In this document: positions 13,601 through 25,537 of the stretch, one piece after another
Numbering within the stretch: the first letter of the stretch is position 1
Layout of the letters: each line of letters opens with the position of its first letter
Source: Selaginella moellendorffii
Lineage: Eukaryota; Plantae; Lycopodiophyta
Length of the DNA: 64,000 nt
Reading direction: 5' to 3'
Assembly: GCF_000143415.4 (NCBI RefSeq)
Contig: NW_003314383.1
Coordinates: 257,340-321,339, forward strand
The notes under the pieces: model-generated
The model's input: the letters and a program-made list of their open reading frames with translations, nothing else
The model's database searches: none
Told to the model about the DNA's origin: nothing
Translations under genes and position numbers: made by a program

Positions 13601-15030
13601 CAAAGACTGAGCCATCCGTCCATGAGTGATCATTCCAAAACCACTCCTTAGCATCTTTAGGATGTCCATAAATATGGGGAATAACCTTCCCTAATATCCC
13701 TTTTTTGGTCCCCACCAAGTTCTTTTCTGTCCATGGTCATGTTTGCAAACACTGCAATTTGGTCAAGGCCCATAGACCCGACCACTAAGTCCTCTTATCC
13801 TCTGGGACTTTCTCACTATGTGACCGTATCCTTAATCGCTACACTAGAGGATTGCTCTTTTTCCTTTCCACAATTTGGGACTTTGGGATAACATTTTAGA
13901 ACACCGTGGCCCTACATAAGCCTTATAAGTACTCTCCCCATCTTCCGCTTTTGGGTGCTTTAGCCATAGGCTAGAGCGAGGTTCTGTCAAGCCATGCCAG
14001 GTATCTAAGTAGGTAGTGCAACCCACACTTGGAGTGGAAGCATCGACAATTCGATTTCTAGAGGGAACTAGAGTTGGCTTTTGAAAACTTCACCAAGCTA
14101 CCTTATTTGTCTGTCCATATTCACTCTAGCCTTGGACTTCCCAATGGTTATATCATCACCCAACACGTGGGTATAACCTTCCTAGGCCACACTGGCCTTT
14201 TCTAGCCAAACTGGCTCCATTGGGGTCCAACCCCCACACTCTCCTTATTATACTTTTGGAACCCCTTGCAGCACCTCCAACCCCCTCTAGGGGACGATCA
14301 CTTTGGGCTTTCACCCAACAGCTTGTATTAGTATTTGAACTCGGACTAGGACTTGGATTCGGGCTAGATCTTGAACTTGGACTCAGACTCGGTCTTAGTC
14401 TCGATCTCGATCTCAGTCTCGGTCTCGTCTTGAACTCCATCTTGGGTCCATCTTGGATCCATCTCAGACTCCATCTCGAATTCCATCTCAAGCCCATCTC
14501 GGACTCCATCTCAGGTCTATCTTGGATTCTATCTCGGTCCATCTCGGACTCCATCTTAGGTCCATCTTAGACTCCATCTTGGGTCCATCTCGAACTCCAT
14601 CTCAGTCCATCTCGGGCTCCATCTCAGGCCCATCTCAAACTCCATCTCAGTCCATCTCAAACTCTAGCTTGGGTCCATCTTGGACTCTATCTTGGACTCC
14701 ATCTCAGGTCCATCTCAAACTCCATCTTTGTCCATCTCAGACTCCATCTCGGGTCCATCTTGGACTCCATCTTAGGTCCACCTTGAGTCCATCTCGGACT
14801 CCTCCACGTGTCATGTGTTGGTCTTCTTGTGTCCTTTTTCTAGAGACTCTTTTATTGCTCACTTCGTGCTCATTCCTTAAGCACTCTATTGGGAGTTCCA
14901 CTCCCATTCTTGAATTTTTAAGTTGGAGCCTTTAGTTCAAATATGTTATGCTCGTTTAGCTTCTGCTTCGGCCACTACCACATGGCACCTTTTCAGCTCC
15001 ACTTTGGGGCTTAGGGATTTGTGTCTCACA
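10670..15030 (-). mobile_element. Truncated LTR retrotransposon (family 1): internal region plus complete ~1.7-kb 5' LTR (13309-15030)
   Basis: Similar to 2385-5806. iMet PBS complement (gctccgataccaa) lies just before TGTAAG at 13309 and the LTR ends CTCACA at 15030. It abuts a gypsy integrase fragment. Confidence 0.8.
12584..12845. repeat. 129-bp tandem duplication
   Basis: cccaaagttgttactaaattggccac... starts at both 12584 and 12713. Confidence 0.9.
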
Positions 15031-16541
15031 ATTGAGTCATGGATTCGAGGGCTTCAAAATGGGTTTAAGAATCCTACATCACTTGTTGATGACTTGCCAT
15101 TTTGGCATTTACATTCTCAATATCAGCTTAAAGATGGCATTCTTTATTTTGTGGGGATGGATCTTGATGATTATTTACAGCTGGTGGTGATTCCACAGTT
15201 TTTCCATTCTCTTATTTTAGGCGGGCATATAATACATTATCGTATGACCGAGAAGCTGTGCAAGTCTTTCTATTAGCAGGAGATGCAATGTGATGTTATT
15301 TGGTATGTGCGTAGCTGCATTTGGTGCCAAGCTTGTAATACTCCCCTGCATGCCATGGAAGGACAATTGGAGTCAATTGTAATTTCCTGTTCATTTGAGT
15401 TGGTGGCGTTTGATCTTATGAGACCTTTTCCACGATCAACTGTTGACAATGAATATGTTATTATTACTTCTGACTATTTGACCTATTGGGTGGAAGTTGA
15501 TGCTCTTGCTAGCACCTTTGCAATTGCTATTGGATACTTCCTCTTCAATCAAATGGTATTCCAGCATTCTTGTCCGGAGCGGATTCTTTCAGACAATGGT
15601 TCTGCATTTATGGCTGAGGCATTTTATGTTTTGATGTCTTGGTTGGGGATATGCCACACTTTCACAAGTGATTATCATCCATAGTTAAACAGTTTGGTGG
15701 AATGGCTTATTCAGACATTTAAAGAAATAATTATAAAATACTTGAACTTTTAGCATTTGGATTATGATGATTATTTGCCATGTCTTCGGTATGCATATGT
15801 TATAGGGGTGTAGAGTTCTGTTAGTGCTTCACTATATAAAGTCCTATATGGTCATGATCAAATATTACCAACGGAGATGAGTTTACCTTCGCGATTGTCG
15901 CGAGCTGCCAATGCTAGGTCGTGGGATTAGTATTTGACGAGCATTCTTCCACTTATCTGAGCAAAGTTTGCTGAACACTTAGGCCATGTACAAGTGAGAC
16001 AACAATGGTGCTACAACTCTCATCATCATCCACCTGTGGAGTACAAAGTGGATAATTTGGTGTTAATCCATTTTCCCCATCTTACAATACGTGGTTTATC
16101 TAAAGGGTTCCTTGCTTAGTGGAAAGGACTATATCGGGTGTTGCGGCAAGTTGGACCACAAGTTATGAGGTTTGGCATTATGTCTAGTAGGCTGATCCTC
16201 TAGAAATTGTGCATGTGCAGTGGTTGAAACACTTTATACACATGGATCAAGAATAACTAATACCACCTATAGATTGGTTGATGCCTCCTCCTGATGTTCT
16301 TCCAGATCTTAGCCCATCTACAAGAGATCCTTGATGGTTTTCTATTATTCCAAGAGGAAGGGATGATGTGATGTCCAAGTGCACAGCTATGATGCCGTAT
16401 ACTAATATTAGCATAGTGGGATTTTAGTAGCTGTTAGATTGGTTTCAATCCAAAGCACTTGTTCCTCTATATAAATTAGGGTTTTTGGGTTAATTGATAT
16501 GCACATTTTCTGTATTCCCTTTCCATGTTTCATGCACTCAC
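15031..16541 (+). mobile_element. 3' end of a Ty3/gypsy element (family 2): decayed integrase, PPT and short 3' LTR (~16366-16541)
   Basis: Integrase zinc finger (GGH...H...CIWCQAC), FELVAFDL, ILSDNGSAF, TSDYHP and WKGLY motifs; PPT gaggaagggatga; LTR homologous to 24735-24899 in the opposite orientation. Confidence 0.9.
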
Positions 16542-16598
16542 ATCATTAAATTATAACATATATTACCCTAAACCCAAGAATATTTCAGATATAATTGT

Positions 16599-17818
16599 TT
16601 AACACCATATCACATTACCATTCAAATCTAACAATTTTGTGGAGATGTTTTTCATATCTCCAAAAACTTTTGATAGTGCATAAGTAGCAAAGAAATATTT
16701 AACTTCCAACCATTTTGCAGTTTCTGAACATATCACACTTAGATCATCACTGAAGTTGGAACCCAATTCTTGCTATAAAATGTCAATTCCTAAACCTAAA
16801 TATTTAGATACTTAAATATAAAAATAAAAAACTCAAAAAATATGATGATGAAAAATTGCCAAACAATCATCCAATCCAGCCAACCTTGAATCTGTAGAAA
16901 AAAAAAATTTTTTTTCTAAAAAAATATAAAAAGTATTTACTGACCTAACTCAGAATACTTAAGGCTCACCCCAAGCACTATACTTCTTATATGTTGAAGT
17001 TCAAATTCAGTAGTTTTAAGAATCCTAGCTGCTTGTAAAGCTTGCAGCACTTCCTAAAAAAAAAAAAAAAAAAATTAAAAACTTCAAATGATATAATATA
17101 ATACCATGATAGGAATGTTGTACATTGATTTCCTACTTTGGATCAACGTAGACAGTTTGTCCTTTCCTAAATGCCGCTCTGAAAGTACAAAAACATTTTA
17201 GATTAAAAGCTAAAAATATTTGCTTGCCGAGAAAGATCCTAAACATCACATGTGTTGCCCATCTCATCACGTTGTTAGCTAAGCAATTCGGATTTTCACA
17301 ACGCATCATTGTAAGGCCGCCACACTTGGTTTTTGAGCACGGAATGTATTTTGCATTACCAGCCAGCACAGCAGTGGAGAATAAACATTCTCCAGCCTTA
17401 GTCTGTGAAGGAACAGGAGTAAGCATCACAGAAACGATACTGATTTACCTGATATTCTGGCATGACAAGAAAAGTGATTTACCTTAGATTTTGGCTCGAG
17501 CAGCATTGTGTCCTGAGAATTGATGACCTTGTCCAATCTACCCCCACAATCCTGTAAAAAAATGAAATGGAATTAAACGTCACGTGTAATAAGGAAGAAT
17601 GATTTACTTGCGACTTGAGCAACATCATCTCTGTTATTCCCTCTGAATGCATTATGTCACATATGGCCCCGTCCTTGGCCACCCTGCCCTGGACACCGAG
17701 CTCGAGTTTCCGCGAGCGTGTCGCATCCGCGGGCAACTCCTGCGCCCACAAGCTAAATGTTAGCTGCGCTCTTGCGCTCTTCTACTCACTCACCTCCAAA
17801 AAGCCGCCGCCAGAACAT
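16599..17818 (-). pseudogene. Partner gene copy A, disrupted
   Basis: Homologous to 37913-39941. About 794 bp of exon 2 is deleted at ~17697 with CC(A/G)AGCT microhomology, exon 5 has a small deletion, and the last exon starts with CGA>TGA. Confidence 0.85.
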
Positions 17819-18214
17819 GCCGCCCAACCAGGAGCAAGAGTTTATTTGCGAGTGTGCTGGGCAGATCCACTTATCCGGGAGTGTGCTAGGCAGATCCACC
17901 GATAGCTATAGACACTTTTAGGGCAAGGTTCTTAGAATATTCCTTGAAACTCCATAACTCGTTTTATTTTGCTTTCATTCTTTTAATGCTATATAAAAAG
18001 TTAATCTTTATAATGAACATTTAATTTCTTTAGTGAGTCGATTATGCGGCATCTCAAATATGTACTTAGAATTAAATAATTCTTTCTATCAAAGTTTTAG
18101 GATCACCAACTTGATCCGTTAGCCTCATGTCATAGGCACTCGTTTGTAGTATTTAACATCGGTTCTAGAGCTCCTTTTCCTATCTTTCTAGGCTTCCATA
18201 GTGTAGAGTTCTCT

Positions 18215-19099
18215 ATGGCTCACACTTTTCTCTTTGCTACTTCTCTCTTCGCTGTTCTTGCTAGTGCTGTTCTAGCTACCAACACCAACAACTCATGTTT
18301 CCCAGGTAAGACTCTGCAAGCGATTTTACAACCAGTCACAAGCTTTATGTTCGCAATCAAAACACAGGCGACGCCACCGTCCAAATGTATAACAGCGACC
18401 TCAAACTCATGAGAGATCTCGAAGTTGGAGACAAGGTATTGTATTGCTCTTAAGTTTTTCGAGAGCCCAGCTAAACGTGCCATGTCTAAAGATTGCAGTG
18501 AGCAAAAACGTGTTCTCCGATGTCTACGCATTCGGCCACAAGGACACCGATGTGATCTCCGAGTTCATCCAGGTCCACACCGCCTCAGACATGATCGAGC
18601 TTAGCGAGGGCCACTTCATCCCAGTCGACGCCAAGGGAAAGCTTGTGTACAAGCGAGCCAAGGATCTCCAGGTTGGAGAAACTCTCTGGGGATCATCTCA
18701 AATCACTGGTAACATCATACTTGTTTTGAGACTTTGCTCTTACTTTTGATAATTATAGAACTTTCCAAGGTGGAGAAGCTGGGTCTCTACAACCCATTCA
18801 CTCTCTCCGGCAACATCATGGTTAACAACGTGGAGGCTTCCTCTCACAGCGAGTGGTTCCTGGACTCCCTCTTTGATGCCATTGGCGCAACTGAGTACCT
18901 CCCATATGCATACCAGGCGGTGCTCGCTCCACTTCGTGCCATCTACAACATTGTTGGGAAGGAAATCTATGGAAAGGGTTATGCTGCCGTCAATTCTTGT
19001 GTCAACGTTGCTGAATTTGGAATGAAGCACGGAGGAAGCATTGCTCTCACCATTGGAATCGATGGAGTTGCAACAGCAATGCTGGCCACGAAGGCTTGA
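18215..19099 (+). CDS. Secreted Hint/Hog-domain (Hedgehog C-terminal-like) protein, copy A, 4 exons, apparently intact
   Basis: Same exon structure as copy C; spliced frame open; motifs SCFPGDATV, DLEVGDKI, FGHKD, LSEGH, GLYNPFTLSGNIMVNNVEASSHS, LAPLR. Confidence 0.88.
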
Positions 19100-19449
19100 G
19101 CAAAAATCAGGAGTAAATAAGAGAGAAATAATCACAATCCAGATCAGGTCAATGTAAATCTCCAGAACAAGAATGAAAGAAATGAGTGAAGAAACTGTGT
19201 GATGTCAAACAAAAGCTTCATTTCATGACATGCATCACAAAGATGCATAAATGTTAAGTTTCTCAATTGTATAGGGGGTTTTAAATGTATAGTAAAGATA
19301 GTTGGGCATAGTTGACCAACCTAAGGTATAATTTAGCTTTTGTTTGTGTTTTTGTCATTGTTTTGTGTTTGGATTGGGTGTAAGCTTAAATTCTATACCA
19401 TGTTAGTTGGTGGAGTATTTATATCCTCGCGTTAGACTACTAATATGTT

Positions 19450-20335
19450 GAAATAATATGAAATTTCATTTGGTTTTGTTTTGCGTGTTAATTTTAGCAT
19501 TGGGATGGTAAATGCTCTAATGTTGTTTTAAGTTGTTTCACATTCCTATCCCTTCACTTTTTGGGCTGTACATTCAAGAGTCCATTCTGTGCTCTTGTGC
19601 CATTACCCTTTTAACCCTATCTTAGGAGTTTGGCACTATTCCTTCATTCAATGGCTTAAGGCCCTGAAACTCAAGTTTTGCACCATTGTCCTTAGGACAC
19701 ATGGCATGTGATATATGGCACATGTGCTTCATGGTTATCATATGGTAAATCATCATAGGATAAAAGGTAAAAATCATGTGATATAAATTTTTATATTCGA
19801 TGCACTCATATTGACGGAGTTGAAGAGTAGCCTTGATTGTCTTTGAGGAATGCTTAGATTTATGTTTTTAATTTAGATCAAGTTTTTGGTTTAGATAATT
19901 AGTTTAATTATTTGATGTTATGTGGTTGCAACTAAATAATTAATTTCAGTTGATGGTGATATTCATGGCAAATGGTGCAACTCTTCTAACTCTTTCTACC
20001 CATCTTTATATCTGGTAAAAAGTTTTTTGTAGAAATCCCAAAGATGATAATGATTATTGGTTCAATCACTTTACATTGATTGCCAATTATTATTTTTGAA
20101 ATGATATCTAATATTTACACAAGTTTTTCACATATCTCCAAAAGACATTGTTGTAGTGGTACAATGGTTTAAGTGTGGAACCTCCTCCCAAATGTCTTCA
20201 AGCATGCATTTAGAAATGTTGATAATTGTGATGATGCCTTCTAACAATTGCATCATCTTTGTTAGGGACCATCTAAGTCAGTTATGCAATTTAATGTTTG
20301 AATCTAAAGCCTCTTACTTTGTGTAGAGTTTAAGT
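19450..20335 (+). mobile_element. LTR and gag remnants embedded in the cassette spacer (also ~41540-42425, ~46630-47525)
   Basis: ~19540-19785 is the reverse complement of the start of the 52564 LTR; ~19790-20335 matches family-2 LTR end, PBS and gag (reverse complement of ~35650-36330). Confidence 0.65.
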
Positions 20336-20981
20336 AAACAAAAATCAGAATTTTCAAAAGAAATATAAAATGATTTGCTACACTTTAGGTGTACCAATGC
20401 TTTGTTTGTTTAATAGTAGTGCTTATTATTTATTAATCTAATTGATCGATAGGAAGTTTATAATTTCTAAACACGAGATTAAATTTATTACACATTAACC
20501 ATTAAATGTTCTAGCATTAAATGGTAGAATATCCTAGAATATTTAAATATATTCTAAATATCTACTACCAAATCTAAATGGACAATCTATATTATCTCAC
20601 TTAAGTAAGTGATAAACTAACTTTCCATTAGCTAAACAAACATCCATAAATTTTTTATTGAAATCATGCAAATTGAACCTGCCTCAAGGCCTACAACTGG
20701 ACAACCTGTGTGCCTTGGGCCATTATCACTTTATTGTTATAGATAGAATTGTAACAAAAAAAGTGTAAAGAATAAATAGAAATTTCTATGTTGTACATAT
20801 TGATTTTTTTCAAGTCATCTACATATAGGAGGAGCTAGAACTAAGACATATCTCATTTTATAGCTATTAAATATTAAATTTAATGCTTAATCTAGATTTA
20901 TACTTATCATTATATTCTAAAATATATTACCCTAAACCGTAAATATCAAATAATATTTAAGATATAACCCCTACTGATTGT

Positions 20982-22923
20982 TTAACACCATATCAATGTT
21001 TTTCATATCTTCAATACAGTGCATAAACAGCAAAGAAATATCTAACTTCCAACCAGTTTTCAGCTTCTGGACATATCACACTTACATCATCACTGAAGTT
21101 GAACCCAATTTTTGCTATAAAATGTCCATATTCCTAAACATAAATATTTAGATACTTAAATATAAAAATAAAAAACTCACAAAGTATGATGATGAAAAAT
21201 TGCCAAATAATCATCCAATCCAGCCAACCTTGAATCTGTAGAAAAAATAAAATAACCTGACTCAGAATACTTAAGGCTCATCCCAAGTGCTATACGTCTT
21301 ATATGTTGAAGTTCAAATTCAGTAGTTTTAAGAATCCTAGCTGTTTGTAAAGCTTCCAGCACTTCCTAAAAAACATAAAGAATAAAATTTATAAGAAATT
21401 TCAAATGATATAATATAATACCATGATAGGAATGTTGTACATTGATTTCCTACTTTGGATCAACGTAGACAGTTTAGTCCCAGGGTCCTTTTGTAAATGC
21501 CGCTCTTAAAGTACAAAAACATTTTAGATTAAAAGCTAAAAATATTTGCTTGCCGAGAATGATCCTAAACATCGCCTGTGTTGCCCATCTCATCACGTTG
21601 TTAGCTAAGCAATTTGGATTTTCACAAAGCATCGTTGTAAGGCCGCCACACTTGGTTTTTGAGCACGGAATGTATTTTGCATTAGCAGCCAGCACAGCAG
21701 TGGAGAATAAACATTCACCAACCTTAGTCTGTGAAAGAACAGTAGTAAGCATCACAGAAACGATACTGATTTACCTGATATTCTGGCATGACAAGAAAAG
21801 TGATTTACCTTAGATTTTGGCTCGAGCAGCATTGTGTCCTGAGAATTGGTGACCTTGTCCAATGTACCCCCACAATCCTGTAAAAAAATGAAATGGAATT
21901 AATCTTCACGAGTAATAAGGAAGAATGATTTACTTGCGACTTGAGCAACATCATCTCTGTTATTCCCTCTGAATGCATTATGTCACATACGGCCGCGTCC
22001 TTGGCCACCCTGCCCTGGACACCAAGCTTGTCCCAAAGACGATCGTCAAAGACTGCCTTGGCAGGGACAAGCTTGGTGCCAGCCACACACGCCAGCACGT
22101 CGTATAGAGCATCTTCGGCGAAAAAGAGGCCCATCTTTCTATTGATGCCAATACCGCGGAGATCCACCACGACGCACTTTCTGATCCCGATCGCGTCCAC
22201 AGCGTTCAGCTCCTTGACAGGATCCTCTCCACGGTCATGAGACGCCTGGACGAACTTCCTGGCCGACAGTGTCATGGGCATGCCCCGGAAGTCGTCGTAG
22301 TTGACGACCCAGTCCAGAGAGCCATACTGCAATGCCTTGGTGGGAACCGCCAGAAGGATGTAGCCAGTGGAGACCCGATTCTGCCAGATGGATTCCTTAT
22401 AGACGAGGACTTGTTTAGCATCAAGCTCTCCTAAAGTTCCATCGATCACGAATTCCGCCGGAGGACCCCGACACCGCAGGCCGAGCTCGAACGTGGAAAT
22501 GCAGCCCACGGCTTCGATGCTCCTGATCTGGCATGGCTCCAGCGGCGTCATTGAAGGCTCCATTTCGTTGTCGTACAAGTAGGCTGGAATGCTCCAAGGC
22601 GCTCCCCAGTAAAGGGCATTTGCATGTGTACGACGCTGCTTGGGGCAGATGTTTCCATGAGCGTAGCTCAGGTGATCAAGCAACGTCGTGTCGGGGCAGC
22701 CGCATGCAGTCAACTGCCGGTTGTAGCAGATATCGCAGAAGAGGAACAAGGAGGTGGTGGTGTTATCGTAGACGAGCTTGAGAGGAGGAGCAGGAGCACG
22801 AGGCCGAGCTCGAACCCGAGCTCGAGTTTCCGTGAGCGTGCCACATCCGCGGGCAACTCCAATGTTAGCTGCGCTCTTGCGCTCTTCTACTCACTCACCT
22901 CCAAAAAGCCGCCGCCAGAACAT
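20982..22923 (-). pseudogene. Partner gene copy B, probably disrupted
   Basis: A 15-nt deletion at ~22860 removes the intron-1 acceptor; intron 6 is collapsed to 21 nt; the last exon has indels. Exon 2 is still open (ORF 21805-22749). Confidence 0.75.
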
Positions 22924-23119
22924 GCCGCCCAACCAGGAGCAAGAGTTTATCTGCGAGTGTGCTGGGCAGATCCACTTATCCGCGAGTGTGCTAGGCAGAT
23001 CCACCGATAGCTATAGACACTTTTAGGGCAAGGTTCTTAGAATATTCCTTGAAACTCCATAACTCGTTTTATTTTGCTTTCATTCTTTATATAAAAAGTT
23101 AATCTTTATAATGAACATG

Positions 23120-23826
23120 CGGCGACCTCAAACTCATGAGAGATCTCGAAATTGGAGACAAGGTATTGTATTGCTCTTAAGTTTCTCGAAAGCCCATCTA
23201 AACGTGCCAGATCTATAGGTTGCAGTGAGCAAAAACGTGTTCTCGGATGTCTACGCATTCGGCCACAAGGACGCCGATGTGATCTCCGAGTTCATCCAGG
23301 TCCACACCACCTCAGACATGATCGAGCTTAGCGAGGGCCACTTCATCCCAGTCGACGCTAAGGGAAAGCTTGTGTACAAGAGAGCCAAGGATCTCTAGGT
23401 TGGAGAAACTCTCTGGGGATCATCTCAAATCACTAGTAACATCATACTTCCTTTGAGACTTTGCTCTTATTTTTGACAATTATAGAACTTTCCAAGGTGG
23501 AGAAGCTGGGTCTCTACAACCCATTCACTCTCTCCGGCAACATCATGGTTAACAACGTGGAGGCTCCCTCTCACAGCGAGTGGTTCCTGGACTCCCTCTT
23601 TGATGCCATTGGCGCAACTGAGTACCTCCCATATGCATACCACGCCATGCTCGCTCCACTTCGCGCCATCTACAACATCGTCGGCAAGGAAATCTATGGA
23701 AAGGGTTATGCTGCCGTCAATTCTTGTGTCAACGTTGCTGAATTTGGAATGAAGCACGGAGGAAGCATCGCTCTTGCTGGTGGAATCGCTGGAGTTGCAA
23801 CAGCAATGCTGGCCACGAAGGCTTGA
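23120..23826 (+). pseudogene. Hog gene copy B, pseudogene
   Basis: Exon 1 (signal peptide and catalytic Cys) deleted at junction atgcggcgacctc; CAG>TAG stop at 23396-23398. Confidence 0.9.
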
Positions 23827-23878
23827 TGAAAAACCAGAAGTAGAATAAAATGTAAATTTCATTAACATATTTTATGCT

Positions 23879-24730
23879 TTTGATTATTCCCCATATATTC
23901 TCAATGGTTTATTGTTTGTTTAGTGGATATACCTAGATATTTTAGAACTTTTTACCATCTAATGGTTGTTATTCCTTTAGATTAATCTCGTGTTTATAAT
24001 TTATGATTAAAGCATACTCTAGCTTATCTAGCTTTTATACCATTAGGTTAAACTTGTGGTTGTTAAAAAAGTTCTTAAACATGATGGAAAGTGTATTGTG
24101 TGGTTTATATGCTCAACTAGGAAAAACATTTTCTTGTAATACATAAATCATAATAATTTGTTATAATACAAACTAAGCAAACCCAACTTTTCTAAAATGT
24201 AATGTGTCACAATTTATTATTATTTATCTAAAAAAAAGGCTTGATGTACCACAAGTAAAATAAAATAAAATTTCAAAAAATAGAAAAAGAAAAGAAAACT
24301 TTTGATTATTCCCCTTCTTTCTTTATATCCAACTCCCAATTTTATATTATAAATGGTTCATTTGCATCTTGGTAGTTGATATACCTAAAATATAGTTGAA
24401 TATTCTAGAATAGTAATAGTAATTTAATGGCTATTATTTATTTATAATAATTTTATCATTAAATTTAAACATGGTTATAATTTATAAAATTTTCCCAAAC
24501 ACCTTCTAGCTCTAACTATTATACCATTAGATAAATCTTGTGTTTATCAAAAACATTCTTAAAAATAATAATTTATTATTATTTTTCTAAAAATATTATT
24601 ATAATGCTATTAAATAATAATAGTATCTTTAAATATGAATCTAAGTATATTTATATTTTAATTAATATATTAAATTAAGTGATTAGTTTCAAAATTTACA
24701 AAATTTGTTTCATTAATTTAATGAAAATTA
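23879..24730. repeat. AT-rich degenerate tandem repeat of ~420 bp (also ~50905-51755)
   Basis: tttgattattcccc begins at ~23879 and ~24301 with collinear downstream motifs; related in inverted orientation to ~20400-20590. Confidence 0.5.
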
Positions 24731-25537
24731 CTTTTGTGAGTGTTTGGAATATGGAAAGGGAATATAAAAAATATGCCCCAAAAACCCTAATTTATATATA
24801 GAAGCGAGTGGTTTGGATTGAAACCAATCCAATGGCTACCAAAATCCCACTATGCTAATATTAATATACGGCATAGTAGCCATACACTTGGCCCTCACAT
24901 CATCCCCTCCTCTTGGAATAATGGAAAACCATCAGGGTTCTCTTGTAAACGGGCCGGGATCTGGAGGAACGTCAAGAGGAGGCATCGGCAGATCTGTAAG
25001 TGGTATTAATTGTTCCTGATCCTTTTGTATGAAGTGTTTCAACTGCTGCACATGCACAATCTCTGGAGGATCGGCCTGTTGGACGTCATGCCGAACCTCA
25101 TAAACTTGTGGTCTAACTTGCCGCAACACCTGATACGGTCATTTCCACTGCGCAAGAAGCCCCTTAGATAAACCACGTACTGTAAGATGGGGAAAATGGA
25201 CTAACACCAAATCATCCACTTTGTACTCTGCAGGTGAACGATGATAAGAGTTGTAGCGCCGTTGTTGTCCCACTTATACGTAACCTAAGTGTTCGGCAGA
25301 CTCAGTTTGGACAAGTGGAAGAATGCTTGTCAAATACTGATCCCACGACCTAACATCGGCAGCTCGTGGCAATTGCGAAGGTAAACCTAGCTTTGTTGAT
25401 AATATTGGATCATGACCATATAGGAGTTTATATGGTGAAGCACCAACAAAACTCTACACCCCTGTGACATATGCATATTGAAGAGACGGCAAATAACCAT
25501 CCCAATTAGAATGTTGAAAGTTCACATACTTCGCAAT

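Noticed and set aside
14430-14800. Regular short repeats resembling a CRISPR array
   Set aside because: No unique spacers; eukaryotic LTR minisatellite.
16599-23826. Cassette as cargo of a Helitron or Pack-type DNA transposon
   Set aside because: I found no TIRs, TSDs or convincing hairpin-CTRR end at unit borders; tandem recombination is simpler.
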